From positions 2,640,001 through 2,672,000 of the forward strand of contig CP060262.1 of the NCBI GenBank assembly GCA_022646745.1: a DNA stretch of 32,000 bases, written 5' to 3'. Below, piece by piece: positions 16,797 through 25,069 of the stretch. The DNA comes from Planctomycetales bacterium. GTDB lineage: Bacteria > 4484-113 > JAFGCY01. Numbering within the stretch: the stretch's first letter is position 1; every line of letters starts with the position of its first letter. The notes beneath the pieces are model-generated. The model had not been told where the DNA came from, did not search any database, and saw nothing but the letters and a program-made list of their open reading frames with translations. The translations under genes were made by a program, and so were the position numbers.

Positions 16797-18410
16797 TCAG
16801 CCAATCTCTGATTTTCGTATGCCTTCGCGGATCACACGGATCAGCACATCGGGCTTGATCGGCTTCTGGACATAACCGGTCACCAGGCCCTCATCAAACA
16901 GCGGCTTGAGATCCGCCTGTTCTTCTTCAGACATGATCACGATCGGGGTTCGGGCATTCACGCGGTGCAGGCTTTCCATGTCTCGCATCGCCTGCTGCAG
17001 TGATCTGGCAATGCCGCAGAGGATCAGCGAGATGCGCTCCTGGTGCTCGAGGAAGACAGCCAGCGCTTCGTCCAGGTTCTCCACCAGCAGCACCTGGTAG
17101 TCCATGTTCTGCAGGTTCAGCGCCAGCAGCCGGCGCATTTCCTCGTCATGTTCGATGACAAGCACCGCTGATTCCGCCAGCATGTCCGGCAGGTTGTGGG
17201 CGTCATCCTCCAGCGGTTCACTGCAGGGCAGGTAAACGCTGAATGTTGTGCCGACATCCTGTTCGCTGGCAACCTCGATGAAACCGCCGAGTTCCTCGAC
17301 GATGCCCTGCACACTGCTCAGCCCGAGGCCGCGGCCCGACTTCTTCGTCGTGAAGAACGGGCGGAAGATCGTCTGCAGGGTTGAGCTGCTCATGCCGACG
17401 CCGTTGTCACCGATATCCATCCGGATGAAGCCGCGTGCCAGGGCCGGCTCAAGGATCATATACTGCCTGATCTGTTCCTCGCTGAGCAGGGCGGGGTGGA
17501 TACTGATTGACAGGATTCCCATGTATGACTGGCCACCACTGCGCACCTTGCGCTCGTTCATGGCATCGCCGGCATTCAGGCATAGGTTCATGATCACCTG
17601 CTGCAGCTTGGTGCTGTCGCCCTCGATCGGCGGGACCTTCTCGAATTCCTTCTCGATCATCACATGCCCCGGCAGGCCGGTACTGATGATGTTCAGCAGT
17701 TCGTCCACATGGTCAGGCAGGTGGATCGGGATCCAGTCGGACTTCTCGCCGCGTGCATAGCGCATCAGGCTGGTGCTCAGGGCGGATGCCCGTTCGGCGC
17801 ACTGCTCAATGATGTTCAGGAAACGCTGTGCCTCATGCTCCTTGCCGATCTTGTCCCTGGCGATGCTTGTGTTGCCAAGGATCGCCATCAGGATGTTGTT
17901 GAAGTCATGCGCGATCCCGCTCGCCAGCATGCCGACGCTCTCCAGCCGCTGGCTGCGCAGCAGTTCGCGGTTCTCGTCGCTGGCAGCGGAACTGCGGCCG
18001 CCCTTTTCCTTCTCGGCAAGCTGCAGGGCATGGTTTATCCAGGAGAATGCGGAGCTGATGTAGTTGGTCTGCTTGTCCCGCAGGATGTAGCAGCCGTTCC
18101 AGCCGATGCTGACTTCCTCAAGTGGAATGCGCCGCTTGTTGAGGTCGGCAATCAGGACAATCGGGCAATCTGAATTCTTTGAACTGAACTTGCGGACAAG
18201 TTCCAGCCCCGTTGAATCCGTGATGTCATCCACCACGATGAATGCACTGAATGAACTTTCACCGGCCATTTGCAGGGCGCTTTCCGCATCCCGGCAATGC
18301 ACGACCATGATATCTATCTCATCAAACAGTTCTGCGAACGCAGCTACAGATTCCCCGGAATCCTCCGCTACTAGAACCGACTTACTCTCTTGCATCAACG
18401 CTGATTGCAT
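16797..18410 (-). CDS. hybrid sensor histidine kinase: REC - HisKA - HATPase_c - degenerate REC, with no TM or recognisable sensor domain
   Basis: H-box GIAHDFNNILMAILG, N-box IMNLCLNAGDAM, G1 DNGVGM, G2 GRGLGLS. The N-terminal receiver reads VLVAEDS...FIVVDDITD. The C-terminal receiver-like domain reads VLVIEHDEE...LILCGIA...YVQKPI. I prefer ATG 18410 as the start; the track's TTG 18458 lies only 2 nt from a TAGAAT box. Confidence 0.8.
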   Translation of the reverse strand: MQSALMQESKSVLVAEDSGESVAAFAELFDEIDIMVVHCRDAESALQMAGESSFSAFIVVDDITDSTGLELVRKFSSKNSDCPIVLIADLNKRRIPLEEVSIGWNGCYILRDKQTNYISSAFSWINHALQLAEKEKGGRSSAASDENRELLRSQRLESVGMLASGIAHDFNNILMAILGNTSIARDKIGKEHEAQRFLNIIEQCAERASALSTSLMRYARGEKSDWIPIHLPDHVDELLNIISTGLPGHVMIEKEFEKVPPIEGDSTKLQQVIMNLCLNAGDAMNERKVRSGGQSYMGILSISIHPALLSEEQIRQYMILEPALARGFIRMDIGDNGVGMSSSTLQTIFRPFFTTKKSGRGLGLSSVQGIVEELGGFIEVASEQDVGTTFSVYLPCSEPLEDDAHNLPDMLAESAVLVIEHDEEMRRLLALNLQNMDYQVLLVENLDEALAVFLEHQERISLILCGIARSLQQAMRDMESLHRVNARTPIVIMSEEEQADLKPLFDEGLVTGYVQKPIKPDVLIRVIREGIRKSEIG

Positions 18411-18460
18411 TTCCCGCCTGTATGCCGCCAGGCCAGAATGTACTTCACAAGCTGGCAAAC

Positions 18461-18466
18461 ATTCTA
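18461..18466 (-). promoter_or_regulatory. candidate -10 box TAGAAT (minus strand) upstream of the hybrid kinase
   Basis: The plus strand reads attcta at 18461-18466. This implies a transcript start near 18454 and a leader of about 44 nt to ATG 18410. Confidence 0.3.
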
Positions 18467-18517
18467 GCCCTTAACCAGAATATCTTCCAGAGTGTTGAGG
18501 GATTGTGGAAACTCGCG

Positions 18518-19708
18518 TCACTCGAAGCACTTCATGAAGATGTCCCGGTGCCATAGATAGCAGCTATCTTCGTCTGTTACAAACAGCTCAGCCTCTGGAC
18601 TGAACCAGCGATCATCAGCTGAGCTATCCTCGGTTCCAAGGTCCAGCAGCACCAGGGCCTGCCGGTTGCGATCCATGAATGCGACCTTTGTGCCCAGCGG
18701 GTTGAGCCGGATATTGAATTCAGCGTCACCTCCAAGCTCAATGTCCTCGACATTGCCACTGTCACGGTCATACAGGCTCATGCGGGGCTGGCGCTTGGCT
18801 TCCAGGTAGTCTGGCAGGCGAGACCCATGCAATACCCAGGGCTCGAACTCGAGGTCCGGGCTGGTGAAGCGGTAGACGATCCAGGTCACATCAAGCTGTA
18901 GCTGGAAAGTATCCAGCTTCTCCAGGTCAAGGGTGAACAGCCGGCACTTCTCGTCACGCGTGCCTGTTTCCCAGACGCTGCAGTAAAGCAGGTTGCCAAG
19001 TCCGGAGGGGGGTAGGGGGCCATACTGCCAGGCTGCCACAAGGATCTTCGGATCGGGCAGGGCGACGAATTCCATGTTTCCGCTTTCGATATCCGCATCC
19101 ACCACACCGAGGTCACTGAGGGGCACGATGACCTGCTTCCCATCCCATGAATAGAATGGCCGCAGGTCCTGCAGCTTGCTTTCGTTATGCTGGGCGGGAA
19201 CACCAGGGCAGGACTCGTAAGGCACTTCCATGAGCATGTCGGGGCCGACCCGCCAGACCTTGTTGTGGACATGCCCGTCCTCCGCCATGTAATTCGTTGT
19301 CACCAGGCATTCCTGCTGGCTTGGGTGGGCGGCGATGTAAGCGATGTTGTACTTGCTGCCGTGGGCCAGCTCCCGGGGTTCAGGCTTTCCGCTGCCTGCC
19401 AGCGATGCGCTGTAGATGGCATGTTCTCCGTCCTCGAGAAGCAGCTTGTAGAAGGCGAACTGTCCGGCACGCCCGACATCCAGCGCCAGCGGGGCACGTT
19501 TGTAGAGCCCCTTGAAATCTATCGCGCTCAGGCCGCGTGGACCGTAGGGCATCATGTCCAGCTCAGACTCGTTGACCACGCTGGAAACTTCGCCAGCAGC
19601 TGGTGTGTCAGTGGCCTGTGTATCGGAGCCGCTGGAGGGCTTATTGTCGCGGCAGGCCGCCAGCCCGAGCAGCAGCAGGGCCAGAATGGCAATCAGCAGT
19701 CGATTCAT
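18518..19708 (-). CDS. hypothetical lipoprotein (possibly beta-propeller-like)
   Basis: The internal start gives MNRLLIAILALLLLGLAAC, a signal peptide plus lipobox. The 36 codons upstream in the track ORF would run into the divergent mpg gene. I recognise no family. Confidence 0.65.
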   Translation of the reverse strand: MNRLLIAILALLLLGLAACRDNKPSSGSDTQATDTPAAGEVSSVVNESELDMMPYGPRGLSAIDFKGLYKRAPLALDVGRAGQFAFYKLLLEDGEHAIYSASLAGSGKPEPRELAHGSKYNIAYIAAHPSQQECLVTTNYMAEDGHVHNKVWRVGPDMLMEVPYESCPGVPAQHNESKLQDLRPFYSWDGKQVIVPLSDLGVVDADIESGNMEFVALPDPKILVAAWQYGPLPPSGLGNLLYCSVWETGTRDEKCRLFTLDLEKLDTFQLQLDVTWIVYRFTSPDLEFEPWVLHGSRLPDYLEAKRQPRMSLYDRDSGNVEDIELGGDAEFNIRLNPLGTKVAFMDRNRQALVLLDLGTEDSSADDRWFSPEAELFVTDEDSCYLWHRDIFMKCFE

Positions 19709-19726
19709 CCTCATTCCCCATTGAAC

Positions 19727-19732
19727 TATAAT
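19727..19732 (+). promoter_or_regulatory. candidate -10 box TATAAT, 7 nt upstream of the mpg ATG (leaderless geometry)
   Basis: Perfect TATAAT, then cgccggc, then ATG 19740, with no SD. The opposite strand reads TATAGT, overlapping it, 16 nt before the lipoprotein ATG at 19708. Confidence 0.4.
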
Positions 19733-19739
19733 CGCCGGC

Positions 19740-20330
19740 ATGCGATCCCACCCGGAACTCGGCCCACTGCTCTCAGGCGACGTGGTGCAAGCCGCCAGGG
19801 GGCTGCTCGGCTGCACGCTTACGCACCGCCAGCCAGACGGATCTGTGCTGTCCGGGAGGATCGTCGAAACTGAAGCATATCACCAGCGTGAGCCTGGTTG
19901 CCATGCCTTCAAGGGCAGGACTGAACGCAACGAAACCATGTTCGGACGGGCGGGGCTGCTGTATGTCTACCTGATCTACGGGATGTACCACTGCGCGAAC
20001 ATCGTCTGTGGCTCGCAGGACGTCGCTGCTGCCGTACTTGTCCGGGCGCTAGAGCCGCCGGCGGGCAGCGGGCTGCGCACCCAGGGCCCGGGGCTGCTGT
20101 GCAAGGCAATGGGCCTGAACCGCAGCCACGATGGACTGGACCTGCTCAACCCAGCTTCCTCTGTCAGGCTGGTACGTGGCCAGCCAGGCGCGGACGAGAG
20201 GATCGTCAGCTCGCGCCGGATCGGATTTTCCTTTGAGGATGACCTTGACTGGCGATTCTTCCTGGATGGTAATCCGCACGTCAGCAAGGGCAAGCCGGGG
20301 CAGGTGGTGAAGCGGAAGCGGAGAAAATAA
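19740..20330 (+). CDS. mpg: 3-methyladenine (alkylpurine) DNA glycosylase, AAG/Mpg family
   Basis: GRIVETEAYHQREPGCHAFKGRTERNETMFGRAGLLYVYLIYGMYHCANIV...VLVRALEP...GPGLLCKAMGL closely follows the Pur_DNA_glyco signature. Confidence 0.85.
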   Translation: MRSHPELGPLLSGDVVQAARGLLGCTLTHRQPDGSVLSGRIVETEAYHQREPGCHAFKGRTERNETMFGRAGLLYVYLIYGMYHCANIVCGSQDVAAAVLVRALEPPAGSGLRTQGPGLLCKAMGLNRSHDGLDLLNPASSVRLVRGQPGADERIVSSRRIGFSFEDDLDWRFFLDGNPHVSKGKPGQVVKRKRRK

Positions 20331-20358
20331 AGAGACCGCCCCTTGCGCCAGGGCGGTC
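20321..20358 (-). terminator. hairpin terminator, U-tract on the minus strand (flg operon end); may also stop mpg transcription
   Basis: 8-bp GC stem gaccgccc / gggcggtc (20334-20341 / 20351-20358) with 9-nt loop. The minus-strand downstream sequence is tctttattttctc. It lies about 110 nt beyond the flgI stop. Confidence 0.5.
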
Positions 20359-20468
20359 CCGCTTGGAAGTGGGTGTGGTGGTAGCTTGTTTGGAAAAAGT
20401 GGGCTAGCCCTCCGTGGCGCGCCCCAGCCACTTTGTAGGTTGGGTACTCTTGGTGTTGTTCTCCTGCA

Positions 20469-21620
20469 TCAGATCACGATCAGTTCGGCATCCATCGCGC
20501 CGACCTTATGGATCTGGATGAAGATCTCGACAATGTCCTCCGCGCTGAGGCGAAGCTTGTTCAATCCGGCTGCGACCTCTGCAGCCGTCGTATCCTCCGT
20601 GTACTGGTCCACCGGACCAAGCGGCAGCGCCATGTCAGCATCGGATGTATCCGGCACGACCACGTTGTTGGGTGCTTCCGAGCCGGACTCGACGAGGCCG
20701 TTCCCGAAGCTGAAGCTCATGTTGCCCTGGCTGACATGCACCGGACGGATCCGCACGTTGCCACCCATGGCTATCGTTCCCGTGGCCTGGTCAATCACCA
20801 CCTTGGCCTGACTGTCCGGACGGACCTCCAGCTGCTCAATGCGTGAAATGAAGTCCACGAGTGTCAGGCGGCTTTCGATCGGCACCAGCACCTCGACTGT
20901 GCCGGCATCCAGTGCGCTGGCAATGCGGGCATTGCTGCCGAAGCCGTTGCCATTGAAGTCCTCGTTGATGGCCTCCGCGATCCGAGAGGCGGTCGTGAAG
21001 TCAGGATCGCGCAGGTTGTACTCCAGCCGGTCGCGCTCGTTGGTGATCGTGCTCTGGATCTCGCGCTCGATGATCGCCCCACCGGTGATGCCGCCACGAG
21101 TCGCCACCTTTGCCTTGCTGCCGATCACGCTGCCGAAGCTGATGTTTCCCTGTGCCAGTGCATAGATCGGGGCGTTGCCATCCTCGTTGCCGTAGAAGGT
21201 GTCAGCACCACGCAGTTCGGTCATCAGCAGCATCCCACCTTCAAGGGACTTGGCGTTGCCAATGGCGCTGACCTGCACGTCGAGGCGGTCTCCCTGCTTG
21301 AGGTAGGCCGGCATGTTGGCGGTCACCATCACGGCGGCGAAGTTCTTCGACTTGAGCAGCGCGGGGTCCACCTGGAAGCCGAAGCGCGAGAGCAGGTTGC
21401 TCAGCGCCTCGCCGGCCTGCGGCGTGCTCTTCACATCGTCGCCAGTGCCAGCCAGGCCGCTGACGAGGCCCATGCCGATCAGCTGGTTGTCGCGTACACC
21501 GCGCAGCTGGGCCAGGTCCTTGATGGCCGCCGCCTGGGCAGGCTGGCCACCAGCAAGCAGACAGGCCGTTGCGATTGCGATGATTGTCAGATACTTGAAG
21601 TTGCTCATTGTGTTTCCCAT
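20469..21620 (-). CDS. flgI: flagellar P-ring protein
   Basis: Signal peptide, then IKDLAQLRGVRDNQLIGMGLVSGLAGTGD, the FlgI hallmark. The alternative start ATG 21608 (MSNFKYL...) is equally plausible. Confidence 0.9.
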   Translation of the reverse strand: MGNTMSNFKYLTIIAIATACLLAGGQPAQAAAIKDLAQLRGVRDNQLIGMGLVSGLAGTGDDVKSTPQAGEALSNLLSRFGFQVDPALLKSKNFAAVMVTANMPAYLKQGDRLDVQVSAIGNAKSLEGGMLLMTELRGADTFYGNEDGNAPIYALAQGNISFGSVIGSKAKVATRGGITGGAIIEREIQSTITNERDRLEYNLRDPDFTTASRIAEAINEDFNGNGFGSNARIASALDAGTVEVLVPIESRLTLVDFISRIEQLEVRPDSQAKVVIDQATGTIAMGGNVRIRPVHVSQGNMSFSFGNGLVESGSEAPNNVVVPDTSDADMALPLGPVDQYTEDTTAAEVAAGLNKLRLSAEDIVEIFIQIHKVGAMDAELIVI

Positions 21621-21634
21621 TCCCTTTGCCCTGA

Positions 21635-22261
21635 TCAGAAGATCATGTCAAAGAAGCGCGTGACGATGCCAGGCTTGCTCTTCTTTGACAGCTGTCCCTC
21701 GCCGATGTATTCGATCTCGAGGTCTGCCACCAGGTCGCTTTCCACGACCAGTTCCGTGTTGAGGTCACGCGGGTCCACCGTGCCGCGGATCAGCATGTAC
21801 TGTTTCTCGTTGTTGACGGTCACGTACTTCACGCCGGCGATGGTCAGCAGGCCGTTGTCTTCCTTGTCGACAACGCGCACGCTGAGCATGCTGTCCACGC
21901 GCACCTTGCGGTCGGTCTTGCCGTCTCCCTTGTAGTCCGTGCTGCTGTCGTAGGCGATGTCGCCGACTCCGATCACGTCGAATAGCGGGCCGATCGCCTT
22001 CTTGAGCAGCTTGTCTGTCACGGCATTGGCGCCGCTGGAGCTGGATTCATCCGCGATCTCCAGTCCAAGGTCGATGTTGGCATCGGTCTTCTCCCGGACC
22101 TTGACCTTGATGATGTCGCCAACATCCACGCTGACCGGCGGCCGGCCGGTGGCACCACTCCTTCCCGGGCGCTGGTCCTCAGGCTGGCTGAACAGGCTGT
22201 CCGCCAGGGCATGGCCGGTCAAGGCCAGTACAAGCAGGATCGTGATTGCCATGTATCTCAT
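21635..22261 (-). CDS. flgH: flagellar L-ring protein
   Basis: VGDIIKVKVREKTDA..., ...YKGDGKTDRK..., LTIAGVKYVTVNNEKQYMLIRGTVDPRD is the FlgH pattern. The start overlaps the flgA stop by 4 nt. Confidence 0.85.
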   Translation of the reverse strand: MRYMAITILLVLALTGHALADSLFSQPEDQRPGRSGATGRPPVSVDVGDIIKVKVREKTDANIDLGLEIADESSSSGANAVTDKLLKKAIGPLFDVIGVGDIAYDSSTDYKGDGKTDRKVRVDSMLSVRVVDKEDNGLLTIAGVKYVTVNNEKQYMLIRGTVDPRDLNTELVVESDLVADLEIEYIGEGQLSKKSKPGIVTRFFDMIF

Positions 22262-23220
22262 CTGATTTCCACCTTTCCCGCGGCAATGATGGTGCCGAGG
22301 AACTTCTCCCCATCTTCCAGTCTCTTGACGGTGATCACCTCACCGATGCGGCCGTCAGCCATTGCCTCGCCTGCCGCGCTGCAGGAAAGGCCGCCTGCAT
22401 TCATCAGGATCGTGATGGCCTCGCGCTTATGCACATGCCAGGGCTCACGCAGCATGTCCATGTCCATCAGGCTGCCGGCTGCGATGCTGCGTGTGCTTTC
22501 AAGGCCTGCAACATCAGCCGGGTCAGTCACGACGGCGACTCCCGGACGCACTTCCTCCATTTCGCTTGCCAGCAGGCTGTCGTCAATCAATGCATCCCTT
22601 GCGATCTGGGCAATGCTTCGCACAACTGGAAGCCTGAACCTGAAGTAACGGGTAAGGACGATTGTCTCGACCACGTTGCCATCATGCCTGACCTGCAGGG
22701 CTTCCGGTAAGCTACGGGTCTTGTTCTGCGGATAGCGCAGCTCGAGGGTGCAGCCAGTCTGGGAGAGCTTCAGGTCGGCAAGCTCCACATCAGGCAGATT
22801 GATCAGTTCCACGGGAACGCCAAGGTCCGCACTGCTCTGCGATTCTATGAAGTCGCTCATCCGGGCTGCGGAAATCGTGTCTCCCAGCCGCGAGATGCGC
22901 ACCGCCACTGCACCTTCGATGCCGATCAGGCGCCAGTCATAACCGCGGGAGGCGAGCGTTGCCAGCAGGGTCTGGGTGCTGAGGATCGCCTGGCCGTTGC
23001 CGCGCAATTTGCCGAGCTGCTCACCGCTGATCGCATTCCAGAAGTCCTCGCGGCCACTGTGCGACAGCACCACATCGGACACCGTATAGGCGTTGCCATC
23101 AAGCTCGACGGTCTCCGCAATCTCAAGCCGCAGCAGCTCCGCCGCCATGGCCTTGCCGGACAGGCAGAGGCCGGTGGCGATGAATACTGCTGCAATGATG
23201 ATCAGGCGCTCAGGCATCAC
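22258..23220 (-). CDS. flgA: flagellar basal-body P-ring formation chaperone
   Basis: Signal peptide. The C-terminal SAF/ChapFlgA-like region reads ...RSIAAGSLMDMDMLREPWHVHKREAITILMNAGGLSCSAAGEAMADGRIGEVITVKRL. It sits between flgG and flgH. At 320 aa it is longer than the FlgA proteins I know. Confidence 0.75.
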   Translation of the reverse strand: MMPERLIIIAAVFIATGLCLSGKAMAAELLRLEIAETVELDGNAYTVSDVVLSHSGREDFWNAISGEQLGKLRGNGQAILSTQTLLATLASRGYDWRLIGIEGAVAVRISRLGDTISAARMSDFIESQSSADLGVPVELINLPDVELADLKLSQTGCTLELRYPQNKTRSLPEALQVRHDGNVVETIVLTRYFRFRLPVVRSIAQIARDALIDDSLLASEMEEVRPGVAVVTDPADVAGLESTRSIAAGSLMDMDMLREPWHVHKREAITILMNAGGLSCSAAGEAMADGRIGEVITVKRLEDGEKFLGTIIAAGKVEIR

Positions 23221-24009
23221 TTACCTCTTCAGGTTGACTGCGGTCTGCAGCATTTCATCACTGGTGCTGACGGACTTCGAGCTGGCCTCGAAGGCACGCT
23301 GGCTGATGATCAGGTTGACAAGTTCGTCAACCACGGAAACGTTGGAATTCTCTGTGTAGCCAGACATGATGGATCCGAAGCCGTTCTGGCCGGGGATGTC
23401 CTCGATCGGGTCGCCAGAGGCGGCGGTGGCACGGAACAGGTTGTCTCCTTCCGCTGACAGGCCGCCTGGATTGACGAAACGCACGATGGTCACCTGGCCA
23501 ACATCATTCGTCTGGCCATTAGTATCAATGGCGGAAATGGTCCCATCCTTTCCTACAACAATTCCTGTTGAATCATTCGGGATTGTGATGTTTGGGACCA
23601 GATAGTTACCCGAGCCCCTCATGACGACATTGCCTTCCGAGTCCTTCATGAAGTTGCCAGCTCGCGTGTATCCAGTTGAGCCGTCAGCCAGCTGCACCTG
23701 GAAAAAGCCGTCTCCCATAATCATCATGTCAAGAGGGTCACCAGTGGGAAGCGGGCTGCCTGTTTCGAAATTCTTTGTGACTGCTCCGGTGCTGACGCCA
23801 AGGCCGATCTGCAGGCCGTCTGGCCAGGGGGTGCCATTGGCACTTGTACCGCCCGGCACGCGCAGGTTCTGGTAGATCAGGTCCTTGAACTCGGCGCGGC
23901 CGCTGCGGAAGCCAACGGTGTTGGCGTTCGCCAGGTTGTTCGAGGTCACGTCGATCCTCAACTGCTGGGCTGCCATGCCACTGGCACCCGTGAACAGTGA
24001 ACGCATCAT
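23221..24009 (-). CDS. flgG: flagellar distal rod protein
   Basis: MMRSLFTGASGMAAQQLRIDVTSNNLANANTVGFR and the C-terminal NVSVVDELVNLIISQRAFEASSK. GGAGGA (24019-24024) abuts the track ATG 24018 but lies 9 nt before ATG 24009, so I prefer 24009. Confidence 0.9.
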   Translation of the reverse strand: MMRSLFTGASGMAAQQLRIDVTSNNLANANTVGFRSGRAEFKDLIYQNLRVPGGTSANGTPWPDGLQIGLGVSTGAVTKNFETGSPLPTGDPLDMMIMGDGFFQVQLADGSTGYTRAGNFMKDSEGNVVMRGSGNYLVPNITIPNDSTGIVVGKDGTISAIDTNGQTNDVGQVTIVRFVNPGGLSAEGDNLFRATAASGDPIEDIPGQNGFGSIMSGYTENSNVSVVDELVNLIISQRAFEASSKSVSTSDEMLQTAVNLKR

Positions 24010-24158
24010 GTCGTTCATTCCTCCAGTCGGAGGCGGATCGATCGGCGGGGCACTTCGGGCCCGCGCCTGGCTTCCTTCACCTCATGGGTGTCGGTCCGGC
24101 CTTGGTCTTCCACCTCCGGATAATCCGGTTCCCGCTACCGCGGGTCAGGCCGCAGTGC

Positions 24159-24929
24159 CTACTGCGGCATCCTTGCAAGCTGGTTGACGATCACATTGAG
24201 GATCTCGTCGCCAGTCTGCAGGGACTTGCTTGCAAATTCAAAGTGCCGTGACTGGGTGATCAGGTCCACCATCTCACGGCTGACTTCCACATTGCTGCCT
24301 TCCAGCACTCCGGCATAGACCCGGGTGATCCCGGGCTCCTCTGCTGATCCGGTATTGCGCCAGAGGTTGCTGCCTTCCTTCTCAAGCATTGCCACATCAT
24401 CGAAGTGCGCCAGTGACAACGCGCCGACGGCCACGCCATCCACCTGCACATTGCCTTCGCGGCTGATCTGCACGGGGCCTTGCGGGAGGCTGATCGGTCC
24501 ACCGAGCCCAAGCACGGGATTGCTGTCATGGTCACATAGCAGCCCCGCCTCATTCACTGTGAGGTTGCCAGCCCGTGTATAGCGCTCGCCATCCGGAGTG
24601 AGCACACGCAGGAATCCCTTTCCTTCGAGCAGGATGTCCAGCGGATTGCCAGTGGTCTGGGCATTGCCCTTCTTCGTGTCGCGGTGGATCTCCGTGTCCG
24701 TCACACCGGTGGAAAGCTTGCCCATGTACTTGGGAAGCTGGCGGCCATTGATGTCCAGGTAGGTCGGGTCATCAGTGCGCCAGATCTCCCGTCCCGGGCG
24801 GCTGTCGAACAACAGCAGGTCGCGGCGGAATCCGACCGTATCCACGTTGGCCAGGTTGTTGGCCGTGGTGGCGGTCTGTTCCATGTTGGTGAGCATTGCG
24901 GCTGTTGATGTGTAAATACTTCTGAGCAT
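24159..24929 (-). CDS. flgF: flagellar proximal rod protein
   Basis: MLRSIYTSTAAMLTNMEQTATTANNLANVDTVGFRR and the C-terminal SNVEVSREMVDLITQSRHFEFASK. Located upstream of flgG. Confidence 0.85.
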   Translation of the reverse strand: MLRSIYTSTAAMLTNMEQTATTANNLANVDTVGFRRDLLLFDSRPGREIWRTDDPTYLDINGRQLPKYMGKLSTGVTDTEIHRDTKKGNAQTTGNPLDILLEGKGFLRVLTPDGERYTRAGNLTVNEAGLLCDHDSNPVLGLGGPISLPQGPVQISREGNVQVDGVAVGALSLAHFDDVAMLEKEGSNLWRNTGSAEEPGITRVYAGVLEGSNVEVSREMVDLITQSRHFEFASKSLQTGDEILNVIVNQLARMPQ

Positions 24930-25069
24930 CGCTCGTTACTTATCTCCGGCCAATATTTCGGAGGTGGACGCCCATACTTGAGTCAATTATTGGTTAACAG
25001 TCTACAGCAGCACTGCAAGTCCGACGCGTTGTCAGGATAATCCCTATATGACTTATCAGGTAGGAAGAA

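Noticed and set aside
24930-25069. Sigma-28 (TAAA-N15-GCCGATAA) or sigma-54 (TGGCAC-N5-TTGC) promoter for flgF or cheR
   Set aside because: Only partial resemblances exist: GGAGATAA on the minus strand and CAGGATAA on the plus strand. Neither has a matching upstream half-site at the correct spacing, so I cannot support a call.
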